Translations under genes and position numbers: made by a program
The notes under the pieces: model-generated
Databases searched by the model: none
What the model saw: the letters and a program-made list of their open reading frames with translations, nothing else
Told to the model about the DNA's origin: nothing
Part shown: in pieces, positions 19,456-28,782 of the stretch
Position numbering within the stretch: position 1 is the first letter of the stretch
Layout: each line of letters opens with the position of its first letter
Source: Brotaphodocola sp.
GTDB lineage: Bacteria; Bacillota; Clostridia; Lachnospirales; Lachnospiraceae
Reading direction: 5' to 3'
Assembly (NCBI RefSeq): GCF_050873365.1
Contig: NZ_JBNMIQ010000016.1
Span: forward strand, 1,682 to 65,681
Length of the DNA: 64,000 nt

Positions 19456-20262
19456 TTATGCCAGTCTCTTGTAGTCTAAACGGATTTTGTCGGAAACCAG
19501 GGCAATAAATTCTGAGTTCGTCGGTTTTCCCTTTCCTGTGCTGACCGTATATCCGAACAATTTGTGCAGAGTGTCAAGTCTTCCGCGACTCCAGGCGACC
19601 TCTATCGCATGGCGGATTGCCCTCTCGACACGGCTTGAAGTCGTATTGTGACGCTTTGCGATCGTCGGATACAGAACCTTCGTCACAGAGACGAGCATAT
19701 CCTTCTCCTCTACTGAGATCGAGATTGCATCTCTCAAATACTGGTATCCCTTGATATGCGCCGGAATTCCAATCTCATGAAGAAGCTGTGTCACATCGTT
19801 TTCCAGATTCTGCTTGATGTACTCTCCGGGATCGGAATAAGGGACAACGCGTTTCTGTTCCTGCTGAGGTTCGACAGCGATGACACTCCGACAAACTCTC
19901 TTGATTTTATCCATCAAAATGGTTTTCTCAAACGGTTTCATAATATAATAACTTGCACCTAGCTGAAATGCCTCCTGTGCAACGCGCTCACTTCCGGCTG
20001 CGGTCACCATGATAAAAGCTGGGAGCTGTTTTCCCGCCCGCTCCTTCCTGATTTTTTCCATCACGGAAATTCCATCCAGTTTTGGCATGATTACATCTAA
20101 CAATACCAGGTCAGGGTCGGTTTTCCGAATCATCTCACATGCATCTTCTCCATTTTCTGCTTTTCCAACTACGCAAAATCCTTTTTCATCCTCCAGCATC
20201 TGCTGAATCAGTGCCATCATCTGCGGATTATCTTCTGCAATTACCACGCGAAAATCTGTCAT
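19456..20262 (-). CDS. spo0A: sporulation master regulator Spo0A
   Basis: Receiver domain plus the Spo0A-specific DNA-binding domain ([42 protein letters not shown]). Confidence 0.95.
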   Translation of the reverse strand: MTDFRVVIAEDNPQMMALIQQMLEDEKGFCVVGKAENGEDACEMIRKTDPDLVLLDVIMPKLDGISVMEKIRKERAGKQLPAFIMVTAAGSERVAQEAFQLGASYYIMKPFEKTILMDKIKRVCRSVIAVEPQQEQKRVVPYSDPGEYIKQNLENDVTQLLHEIGIPAHIKGYQYLRDAISISVEEKDMLVSVTKVLYPTIAKRHNTTSSRVERAIRHAIEVAWSRGRLDTLHKLFGYTVSTGKGKPTNSEFIALVSDKIRLDYKRLA

Positions 20263-20311
20263 TTTTCATTCCTCCTCTTCCTTTTCCTGTAATCATCCTG
20301 TAATAAAATGT

Positions 20312-20341
20312 ATTATAGCCTCTGCCTTTGTCTCAACGCAA
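20312..20341 (-). promoter_or_regulatory. candidate sigma-A promoter of spo0A
   Basis: On the minus strand: TTGCGT (20336-20341), an 18-nt spacer, then TATAAT (20312-20317), about 50 nt upstream of the ATG. Confidence 0.5.
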
Positions 20342-20359
20342 TTTCTTTTCAGCGCAGGA

Positions 20360-20440
20360 TTCGACAAACGCGCCCAAAATCATTCATACGCACAATCGAT
20401 TTTCTTATAACAAGTTTTCTTTTTCAGTATTTCTGTCGAA
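20360..20440. promoter_or_regulatory. pair of perfect Spo0A boxes (TGTCGAA) upstream of spo0A
   Basis: TTCGACA at 20360-20366 (box on the minus strand) and TGTCGAA at 20434-20440 (plus strand), in inverted orientation. The first lies about 20 nt upstream of the -35. The second lies inside the 3' end of the ABC permease gene. Confidence 0.5.
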
Positions 20441-21217
20441 CTCTGCGAGATGTTTTAGGAACGAAATTCCCGTGTAGAGCAGGGCACAGACCACGCAGAG
20501 GATCAGAATGCTCATCATCAGGATGTCAAGCTGGAACGTCTGACTGCTGTAAATAATCAGATAGCCGAGTCCCCGTTTTGCCGAGAGAAACTCTCCGATA
20601 ATCACGCCAACGAGACAGAGTCCGACATTGACTTTCATGTTGCTGACAATCAGCGGAACTGCCCCGGGAAGCAGGACTTTCGTGAGCACTTCCTTCTTTC
20701 CCCCGCCGAGGGAGCGAATCAGGCGAATCTTATCCGGGTCCGTCTCCTGAAATCCCGCGTGAAGCGTCATAATCGATCCGAAGACGGCGACGGAGATCGC
20801 TGCGACAACGATCGTGTGGACATGGCTTCCGAGCCAGACGATCAGCATCGGTGCCAGAGCCGATTTTGGCAGGCTGTTGAGCATCACCAGATACGGCTCG
20901 AGAATCTCCGCGAGCGTCCGGCTTGACCAAAGAAGCACCGCCATAAAGATTCCAATTCCCGTCACAAGCAAAAAACTCACAATCGTCTCAAACAGCGTAA
21001 TTCCGAGATGCTCCCAGATACTCCCATCCCGAACCATTCCGGCGAGACAAAAAAGAACTCTGGACGGAGAGCTGAAAATAAATCCATCGATGATATTCAG
21101 TCTCGTACAGAGTTCCCACAGGGCGAGGAGCAGAACGAGCAACATCCGCCGTATCACTTTCACCCTTCTTCTGTGTAGTTGTTCCTGTCTGATATATTCT
21201 TCCTGAAACTGATCCAT
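20405..21217 (-). CDS. ABC transporter permease, NitT/TauT (nitrate/sulfonate/bicarbonate) family
   Basis: 270 aa, six TM helices and an EAA-like loop region. No ATPase or binding-protein gene is adjacent. Confidence 0.8.
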   Translation of the reverse strand: MDQFQEEYIRQEQLHRRRVKVIRRMLLVLLLALWELCTRLNIIDGFIFSSPSRVLFCLAGMVRDGSIWEHLGITLFETIVSFLLVTGIGIFMAVLLWSSRTLAEILEPYLVMLNSLPKSALAPMLIVWLGSHVHTIVVAAISVAVFGSIMTLHAGFQETDPDKIRLIRSLGGGKKEVLTKVLLPGAVPLIVSNMKVNVGLCLVGVIIGEFLSAKRGLGYLIIYSSQTFQLDILMMSILILCVVCALLYTGISFLKHLAEFDRNTEKENLL

Positions 21218-21431
21218 AGAGCCCTCCCGGTCAGATAACGTCCGATCTTTGATACCTTCACTATATGCAGAAGGATAAGGAGGCGTGTACCGCTATCCTT
21301 TGTAACGGCATATGGATTTTGCCGATTTTTCTCATCTCAAACGCATGATCCGCGTTTAAGTCAGGTTTTACTCAGCTTTTGAATCAACTTTTAAATCAAC
21401 TTTTGAATCGACTTTTAAATCCGCACTTTGA

Positions 21432-22310
21432 TCAGCTCTGAAGAAATCCTTTTCCGATGATTTCACTCGAATTTGAGATCAGAATAAATGCACTCGGCTC
21501 TTTCTTTCGGACATAGTTGCGAAGCCACACTGCCTGTCCGCGCTTGACCGTCGTCAAAATCACAGTCTTGTTGTGATGAGTGAATGCCCCCTGCGCCTTG
21601 TACGTCGTCGCACTGCGGTTCAAATCGTGGATGATATACTCGCAGATCGGGTCCGGATCGTCACAGATGATCGTAAAACATTTGCAGAGGTTGATGTTCT
21701 CAATCACCTCATCAATCACCAGCGATTTCGCCATAAGACCAAGCGAAGAATAAAGTCCCGTCGTCGGTCCAAAGACGAAAAATGACATCAGCACCGAAGC
21801 CACATCGACGCACAGAAGCGCCGTGCCAATGTTCAGACTCGAGTGTGCTTTCAGGATCATCGCAATGATGTCCGTTCCTCCGCTCGATGCTCCGATGTTA
21901 AAGAGGATCGCAGAGCCGACCGCCGGCAGAAAGATCGCAAAGACAAGCTCGAGCATCGGCTGGTCGGTCAGCGGTGCCGAGAGCGGACAGATTCGCTCAA
22001 GTGCCGAAAGGCTGAACGACATCAGCATACTCGAGTAAACCGTCTTGATTCCGACATCGGTGCCGAGAAAAATAAATCCCAGAACAAGCAGAGCCGTGTT
22101 TGCCACAAACGTAAAGTCACTCGCACTGATCGGGGTCACCTTTCCGACAATCGAGGAAAATCCGGTCACACCGCCGAATGCAAAGTTATTCGGAAACTTG
22201 AAGAAATAAATTCCGACCACCATGATCCAGATGCTGACCGTGATCATTCCATATTCCGCGAGCACTTTTAAAAATGGATTTTTGATGTTTTGAATATCCT
22301 GTGTTGCCAT
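21432..22310 (-). CDS. YitT-family membrane protein (DUF2179 C-terminal domain)
   Basis: Start moved to ATG 22310 (RBS AAGGAGAG). It has a multi-TM N-domain and a YitT/DUF2179-type C-terminus. Confidence 0.85.
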   Translation of the reverse strand: MATQDIQNIKNPFLKVLAEYGMITVSIWIMVVGIYFFKFPNNFAFGGVTGFSSIVGKVTPISASDFTFVANTALLVLGFIFLGTDVGIKTVYSSMLMSFSLSALERICPLSAPLTDQPMLELVFAIFLPAVGSAILFNIGASSGGTDIIAMILKAHSSLNIGTALLCVDVASVLMSFFVFGPTTGLYSSLGLMAKSLVIDEVIENINLCKCFTIICDDPDPICEYIIHDLNRSATTYKAQGAFTHHNKTVILTTVKRGQAVWLRNYVRKKEPSAFILISNSSEIIGKGFLQS

Positions 22311-22629
22311 AATCTCTCCTTGAAAGGCGCAAAAAAACACATCCAAAACGATATTTCTACATCCTATCTCATTCTGTCTGTGAATTTTTGTAGCGCCTTT
22401 GCTACCCATATTTTCTCAAATCTGGAATCAATAAATCACTGCCTTATGCTTTTGCAGTTTTATTATGACAGTTTTATTATGACTCCTTCATCCCGTGCTC
22501 ACTATATCGCATTTGTATGGAAATAGCAAACATTCTTCTGATTGGGCAGGGTACAGGATTCCTACTGGATTAGTATTTGAAAAAATCCAGCAAGAATTCT
22601 GGTGAACCATGTGAAATCCTAACGAAATT

Positions 22630-24270
22630 TTATTTGGACGCCGGTGAATCCCAGGTGTGCAGATCCTCCCGCACATCCTCGATCATCTGCGCGATTCTCT
22701 TTGTGTACACATTGTCCGGCAACACTCTCTGCCACAGCTTATATCCCGCTGTCGCCCGCACCGGCTCCCAGCTCATCTGGTTGCCACAACAGTAATCATA
22801 GTAGAGATCGGCGTAGAGTCCCGCCATCTCCTCCTTCAGATCATCCGGCACGAGTGTGATCGTCTTCATCACCTGGTTTTTTATGATCTCCTTCACAAAC
22901 TTCGGTGACCACGTCGAGAAATTCAGAAGGTGTTCATCGGTGCTTCCGACTTTTCTCGCGTATGCCTCGACGTCGAGCTTCTCCGTCTCAAAGTGCATGC
23001 CACCCTCGGTATCCCAGCTTAAGACTCCGTACTGGCACGCGGGAATCGAAAACGGAGGCATCACGATCTCCGACACTCCATAATCGTCGGCGGAGGTTCC
23101 GGGTTCCGGCTTGTGCTTCTTGATTCGCTCCGCGTGAAGGTGACCGCTGATGTAGAGCGGAACCTGATAGGACTCAAGCAGATTTACGGTATCATACGTA
23201 TTCTCAAGCGTACACTCGGAGGTGTACATCCGGCTCTCGGAGAGCAGGTTGTGATGTGCCATCGGAAGCACCTCGATCCCATGCTCCTGCGCGACGCGAA
23301 GATGCACGCCAAGCCAGGTCAGCGTCTCGGGTCGAATCCGACCTCCAACCTTATTTCCATTCTCATACTGGCAAGAATCGAGCATCAAAAGCCAGTGCTC
23401 TGCATCCACCGGATAGACATAACTGAGCGAACTCGGATCCCGGTTCGGGGACTGATCAAATCCAAATTCATGGTAGATCTCATAGAATTCCTCCCCCGAG
23501 TGTAGGTATTCTGCCTCCTCTTTTTCAATGCCAAAGTAGGTTGCAGAATTCTTGTTGCTGATGTCATGGTTTCCCGGGATCACGACAACCGGAATCCCGG
23601 CATCCTGAATCGCGCGGAGGCGCTCTGCGAGCTTTTCATGGTTTTCCCGCTCCCCGTTCAGCGTAATATCCCCGGTCAGCACAAGGGCGGACGGCATCTT
23701 TTCAAGAACCGTATCGGCAAGCGCATCCATCAGAAAATCGCTGTACTGGCTCGTCTTTCCGTCGTCATTTGCAACCATCTTCCAAAAAGCCGTCCCGTCA
23801 TCGTGCGTCGTCCCACTCATATAGTGAAGATCCGAGACAACCATGATTGTCGGCGGAACATACTCCTCCGTAGTCTCCTCACCTTCGCTCTCTGAAGTCT
23901 CTGCCTTGCCATTCTTAGTTCCCGTCCCGCGCTTTTTCCCTCCGGTACTGCCTTTTTGCAGGTTGCGTTTTAAAACATCAGAAAGCCAGGCTTCATAGGA
24001 TTCCTCCTGCCCGGCTTCCCCATTTTCGGTCTCGGAGTCGTCTGATCCCTCTGAGAATCCCTCAGAAGATTCCTCCGTCTCCGGCTGTGAAGTCTCCCCT
24101 GCTTCAGTGTCTTCCGTCGATTCCTCCGGAGTCTGTGCAGAGTGCTCCGTCTCCTTTCCTGTCCCGGAATGGCTGCCTCCAAGTTCTCCCAGCAGATAGA
24201 CCACCCCGGCACAAATCAGGATCAGAGCCAGGTAACATAAAAGATGTAAATATTTTTTCAGTTTCATCAA
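22630..24270 (-). CDS. membrane-anchored metallophosphoesterase (calcineurin-like)
   Basis: 546 aa with an N-terminal TM helix, an acidic E/S/T-rich linker, then the motifs VVSDLHY, GDITLNG and IPGNHD. Its start overlaps the galK stop (ATGA). Confidence 0.8.
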   Translation of the reverse strand: MMKLKKYLHLLCYLALILICAGVVYLLGELGGSHSGTGKETEHSAQTPEESTEDTEAGETSQPETEESSEGFSEGSDDSETENGEAGQEESYEAWLSDVLKRNLQKGSTGGKKRGTGTKNGKAETSESEGEETTEEYVPPTIMVVSDLHYMSGTTHDDGTAFWKMVANDDGKTSQYSDFLMDALADTVLEKMPSALVLTGDITLNGERENHEKLAERLRAIQDAGIPVVVIPGNHDISNKNSATYFGIEKEEAEYLHSGEEFYEIYHEFGFDQSPNRDPSSLSYVYPVDAEHWLLMLDSCQYENGNKVGGRIRPETLTWLGVHLRVAQEHGIEVLPMAHHNLLSESRMYTSECTLENTYDTVNLLESYQVPLYISGHLHAERIKKHKPEPGTSADDYGVSEIVMPPFSIPACQYGVLSWDTEGGMHFETEKLDVEAYARKVGSTDEHLLNFSTWSPKFVKEIIKNQVMKTITLVPDDLKEEMAGLYADLYYDYCCGNQMSWEPVRATAGYKLWQRVLPDNVYTKRIAQMIEDVREDLHTWDSPASK

Positions 24271-25553
24271 ATCTCGTCATTGACGCAGATTGCCCCGTAA
24301 GGACGGATTGTCATCCGGTATGCACTTCCCTCACCGAGTGCTTTTTCAATGAAAGCCACATACTCGTCCACAAGATCATTCGGCAACATTGCCATGATAA
24401 CTCCTGCGAATCCGCCACCGTGAATACGGCAGGCTCCCCGCTTCTTCTCCTCTATAAACAATTCTGTCAGGGCAAGGGCAACCGAAATTCCCTGTTCCTG
24501 ATAGTTGGTGTTGGTGTAGCAGTTCTGAAGCCATTTCCAGGAAGAATTTCCGGAAGCCGTCACATTCTCTAAGAAGTCCTCAAAGCGTCCCTCTTTCAGA
24601 GCCTTGACCTCTGCCTCGACACGCTTGTTCTCCTCAAAGAAATGAAGGGCTCTGAGGACAGAACGATCTCCGGCGTATTTGCGGACCTCCTTCAAATTCT
24701 CAATCAACTGCTCCTCCGTAATCTGTGCGCAAACCTCTTTTCCAAAATACTCCGCAACCTTCTTCATCTCCGCCGGTACTGCCGAATAATCTGCACTCAG
24801 ATCGGCATGTCCGCGTCCGGTCTGCACGATAATCAGGCTGTGATCCTGAGATGCAAAATCAAAATCGATCTTCTCCACCTTCGGCTCGTTCGGATTTAAG
24901 AAATCGATCGTGATCAGGCCACCGACTGCACATGCCATCTGGTCAAGCAGTCCGGAAGCTTTGTCCCAGTATACGTTCTCTGCATATTTTCCGATATGGG
25001 CATAGGCAACGGTGTCCATCCGTCCCTCATTGAAGAAACGATTGATCATCGAACACAGAAGCATCTCAAACGATGCAGATGAGCTCACACCCGCAGAGCT
25101 GATGACATTGCTCGTGATGTAGGCATCAAAACCGCCAATCTTGTATCCGCTCTCCTCAAATCCCTTGAGCAGTCCCTTGATCAGATCGACCGTTCCCGCC
25201 TTCTTCTGGCTCGGTGCCAGTTCATTCAGATCAATCGTAAAATTCTGATTGAATGTCTCGCTGATGATATTTACCTTGGAAGAGTGGTTGATCGCGCCGA
25301 CTGCCACACAGTCCAGATTAATGCTTCCTGCAAGCACTTTTCCGTGATTGTGGTCGGTGTGATTTCCGCTGATCTCCGTTCTTCCCGGAGAGCTGAACAG
25401 CATCATCTCCTGATCGCCGAATGTATCGTGAAACTTCTGCACAACGTGACGATAGCGGTTGGTGTTCTCCTCCGCCTTCTCCCCGTAAAGCTGTCTCATC
25501 AGATGTTTTGCTCCCTCAGACTCGAGTAACTGCAAGGTTTCTTCTGATCTCAT
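24267..25553 (-). CDS. galK: galactokinase-family GHMP kinase
   Basis: GRTEISGNHTDHNHG (galactokinase signature variant) and the GHMP motif GGGFAG. ATG 25553, preceded by GGAGGAGAAGG, is preferred over the TTG at 25568. Confidence 0.8.
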   Translation of the reverse strand: MRSEETLQLLESEGAKHLMRQLYGEKAEENTNRYRHVVQKFHDTFGDQEMMLFSSPGRTEISGNHTDHNHGKVLAGSINLDCVAVGAINHSSKVNIISETFNQNFTIDLNELAPSQKKAGTVDLIKGLLKGFEESGYKIGGFDAYITSNVISSAGVSSSASFEMLLCSMINRFFNEGRMDTVAYAHIGKYAENVYWDKASGLLDQMACAVGGLITIDFLNPNEPKVEKIDFDFASQDHSLIIVQTGRGHADLSADYSAVPAEMKKVAEYFGKEVCAQITEEQLIENLKEVRKYAGDRSVLRALHFFEENKRVEAEVKALKEGRFEDFLENVTASGNSSWKWLQNCYTNTNYQEQGISVALALTELFIEEKKRGACRIHGGGFAGVIMAMLPNDLVDEYVAFIEKALGEGSAYRMTIRPYGAICVNDEI

Positions 25554-25879
25554 ATCCTTCTCCTCCAATTTTTATGTAATCCAATAAGCCCCATTTCTTT
25601 TAAATGTCTGAACCGGTCGGATTCTCTCCTCCGGAAGACGCTAAAAGTATATCACATTTCGCGAAGCGGTAACAATACGATATTCTTTGAAATTGATACA
25701 TTTTTGTACGACAGCAAAAAATTCAACTAAAATCCTTTGCTTGAAGATTTTCTGCTTTCCGATTATGATGATCTATAATGAACACCATAGAAACTAACGA
25801 ATTCAAAAAAATAATGATTAAAATAACAATTAAAGATTTTAGAAAAAATTTGGAAGAAATGAGAGGTCAATCATAGACT

Positions 25880-26974
25880 ATGGACTGGAACGGAAAACCT
25901 TATCACTCCCTCGACTGGGAATTAAAGAAACGCTTTGGAACAAAAGTATACAAAATCGCCCTCGACGGCGGAATGACCTGCCCAAACCGCGATGGCACAC
26001 TCGAAACCCGCGGATGCATCTTTTGCAGTGAAGGTGGCTCCGGAGATTTTGCAACCAGATTAAGACTTGATTTAAAATCGGATTTCACCCCAGATTCAAA
26101 TATAAATTTAAATATAAATTCAAATACAAATTTAGATGCAGATGCAGATTCAGGCACAACTTCAATAAGTTCAAACATACGCTCAGACGCAAATTTAAGC
26201 GCGAATTCCGCGATCTCCTCCGCTGTCCACACACAGATTGAAGAGGCAATCACGCGCATCAGTCACAAGATGGGAAAGTCTCCGGAGGCCTATCTCGCCT
26301 ATTTTCAGTCCTACACAAACACTTACGCCCCGGTTTCCTACCTGCGTGCCCTCTTCTCCTCGGCAATCTCCCACCCTCTCGTCAAGGCGATTGCGATCGG
26401 AACCCGCCCCGACTGTCTCTCTGACGAGGTTCTCGACCTCTGCGAGGAATTAAATCAGATCAAGCCAGTCTGGATTGAGCTTGGGCTTCAGACGATCCAC
26501 GAAAAAAGCGCCAACTTTATTCGGCGCGGTTATCCGCTCTCCTGCTTTGAGGACGCGCTTCAATGCCTCCGCGCCCGCGGTCTTGAAGTCATCGTCCACG
26601 TGATCCTCGGACTCCCCGGAGAGAGCCGTGAGGACATGCTTGAGACCGTCTCCTGGCTCGGCAAACAGGACATTCAGGGAATCAAACTCCAGCTTCTCCA
26701 TGTCTTGCGGGGCACGGATCTCTGCACGTTTTATGAAAATCACCCATTTCCCGTCTTCTCGATGGAGGAATATCTCGACCTTGTTATCGACTGTGTGAGC
26801 ATTCTCCCACCCGAGATCACGATTCACCGCCTCACCGGAGATGGCCCTAAGAGTCTTCTCGTCGCCCCACTCTGGAGCGCAAATAAGCGCCTGGTGCTCA
26901 ACACGCTCACCAGACGCTTCAAAGAACGAAATATTTATCAGGGCTGTGCACGAACGACAGCGCATCCACGCTAA
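25880..26974 (+). CDS. radical SAM protein, TIGR01212 (YhcC) family, with low-complexity insertion
   Basis: The motif GGMTCPNRDGTLETRGCIFCSEGGSGDFA is the TIGR01212 signature. A roughly 55-aa N/S/D/L-rich insert follows it. Confidence 0.85.
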   Translation: MDWNGKPYHSLDWELKKRFGTKVYKIALDGGMTCPNRDGTLETRGCIFCSEGGSGDFATRLRLDLKSDFTPDSNINLNINSNTNLDADADSGTTSISSNIRSDANLSANSAISSAVHTQIEEAITRISHKMGKSPEAYLAYFQSYTNTYAPVSYLRALFSSAISHPLVKAIAIGTRPDCLSDEVLDLCEELNQIKPVWIELGLQTIHEKSANFIRRGYPLSCFEDALQCLRARGLEVIVHVILGLPGESREDMLETVSWLGKQDIQGIKLQLLHVLRGTDLCTFYENHPFPVFSMEEYLDLVIDCVSILPPEITIHRLTGDGPKSLLVAPLWSANKRLVLNTLTRRFKERNIYQGCARTTAHPR

Positions 26975-27044
26975 GTTACGCTGAGTTTAAGTCCTTAAGT
27001 TCAAGTCAACGCTCGCCAAGACTTGGCGCGTGATTTGATTTAAG

Positions 27045-27890
27045 TTATACAACTGCGAGCACGATACCGCCATCTCCGGCATAAACGGTTGCAACTCCAG
27101 CCGTCTCTGTGATCACGATCTCCTTGAATGTAGCTCGCTTCATCAGCTCATTTTTCACATACTCAGCACGATCCGGGCAGTTGCAGTGAGCGATCACCGC
27201 ACGACGCTCGGACGGATTCTCCGCCTCACGCACTGCAATCTCGCACATTCTCGAGAATGCCTTATTGATTCCTCTTGCCTGCTCCAGTTTGATGATCGTA
27301 CCGTGATCGGCACCCATAACCGGCTTGATGTTCAGTGCAGTCGCAAAGAATGCCTGAAGTCCAGTCAGACGACCATTCTTGCGCAGTGGCTCTAAGGAGT
27401 CGATCACGAAATACGTCTTCTGGCGATCGCGAAGCTCCACGAGTTTCTTGGAAATCTCCGGGAATTTCATTCCCTGCTCATACATATCACGAACATAGAG
27501 CGCAAGATTCAATTCTCCCGCAGACGCAGACTCGGAATCCAGCACGAGAATATTTTTATGATCTGCACCGTGCTCTTCCTCGTACATGTCTTTTCCGACC
27601 GTAGCACTGTTGTAACATCCACTTAAATGACTTGACAGGAGGATTGCATAGACATCCTCTGCATCTCCTTCATAAGAATTCTTAAACGCCTCCGGCGACG
27701 GACATGCGGTCTTCGGACAGTTCGGACTCTCCTTCACCATCTTGATGAACGCCTTCTGATCAAACGTCTCATCATCAATCACCATATGATCATCCACCTG
27801 AAGCGTCAGCGGAACCATCTGAAAGTGCGGATTCTGCTTCATCTCCTTTGTCAAATCGAGACAGCTGTCTCCTGTCACTTTATAACTCAT
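27045..27890 (-). CDS. DegV-family fatty-acid-binding protein
   Basis: MSYKVTGDSCLDL matches the usual DegV N-terminus (ATG 27890), and the whole-length pattern is DegV-like. Confidence 0.85.
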   Translation of the reverse strand: MSYKVTGDSCLDLTKEMKQNPHFQMVPLTLQVDDHMVIDDETFDQKAFIKMVKESPNCPKTACPSPEAFKNSYEGDAEDVYAILLSSHLSGCYNSATVGKDMYEEEHGADHKNILVLDSESASAGELNLALYVRDMYEQGMKFPEISKKLVELRDRQKTYFVIDSLEPLRKNGRLTGLQAFFATALNIKPVMGADHGTIIKLEQARGINKAFSRMCEIAVREAENPSERRAVIAHCNCPDRAEYVKNELMKRATFKEIVITETAGVATVYAGDGGIVLAVV

Positions 27891-28086
27891 AGTCTCAAAA
27901 TTCTCCTCTCGAAACATTTCCCCTCAATATCTGGTTTTCAATACTACTTATTATAGCATATTGTTTTTTATATTGCTACTCTTTTCTGAAGTTCCCACAG
28001 TATCCTATAAAATTTTAAGTTTGAAAAATTCCCGTTCCTTTCCAGTAACTCATGTATTACACATCATACGTTGCACAAACTGCAAC

Positions 28087-28115
28087 TTGTTATTCCATTC
28101 TGCGCCTGTTATAAT
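28087..28115 (+). promoter_or_regulatory. candidate sigma-A promoter of aroK
   Basis: TTGTTA (28087-28092), a 17-nt spacer, then TGT-TATAAT (extended -10, 28110-28115), about 110 nt upstream of the ATG. Confidence 0.55.
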
Positions 28116-28227
28116 AATTTCAATTAACATTCATTCGCGATTCCTTCTCCAATCACGTTTTTATGACGAGACCCGAGGGAATAGCAAGCAAACCATTATT
28201 TTACGAAAGTAAGAAAGGATCATTTTT

Positions 28228-28767
28228 ATGATGAAATACAGCAACAATCTCAAACTGAATTCCCATATCTTCCTGATCGGATTTATGGGTGCTGGAAAAA
28301 GCACGATCGCAACCCAGCTCAAAAAAATGCTTCCTGTTGACCAGATGGAGATGGACGAGACAATCGCAAGGGAAGAGGGCATGTCGATTCCGGATATTTT
28401 TGCCAAACACGGAGAGGCTTATTTCCGCGATCTCGAAACCACTCTTTTAAAGGATCTTTCTCAGTGCTCTCCGATGATCGTCTCCTGCGGAGGCGGTGCC
28501 GTGATGCGCGAGGAGAACACCCAAATCATGAAGCAGTGCGGACGCATTGTACTCCTGACCGCAACCCCGGAGACCGTCTATGAGCGCGTGAAAGACAACA
28601 CCGACCGCCCGATCTTAAACAACAACATGAATGTAGACTACATCCGCAATCTGATGGAAAAACGGCGCAGTCGCTACGAATCTGTCGCAGACATCACCGT
28701 CGCCACAGATGGCAAGAGCGCAGAGGAAATCTGCGAGGAAATTCTGAATGCCTTAAACATCCAGTAG
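28228..28767 (+). CDS. aroK: shikimate kinase
   Basis: 179 aa with a P-loop (LIGFMGAGKST) and the shikimate kinase core (GGGAV). Confidence 0.9.
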   Translation: MMKYSNNLKLNSHIFLIGFMGAGKSTIATQLKKMLPVDQMEMDETIAREEGMSIPDIFAKHGEAYFRDLETTLLKDLSQCSPMIVSCGGGAVMREENTQIMKQCGRIVLLTATPETVYERVKDNTDRPILNNNMNVDYIRNLMEKRRSRYESVADITVATDGKSAEEICEEILNALNIQ

Positions 28768-28782
28768 ATGAATCATCTTTTA

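Noticed and set aside
22455-22482. Exact 14-nt tandem duplication CAGTTTTATTATGA x2 upstream of yitT
   Set aside because: It is real but minimal (two units). It is probably another instance of the stutter process, and there is no evidence for function.
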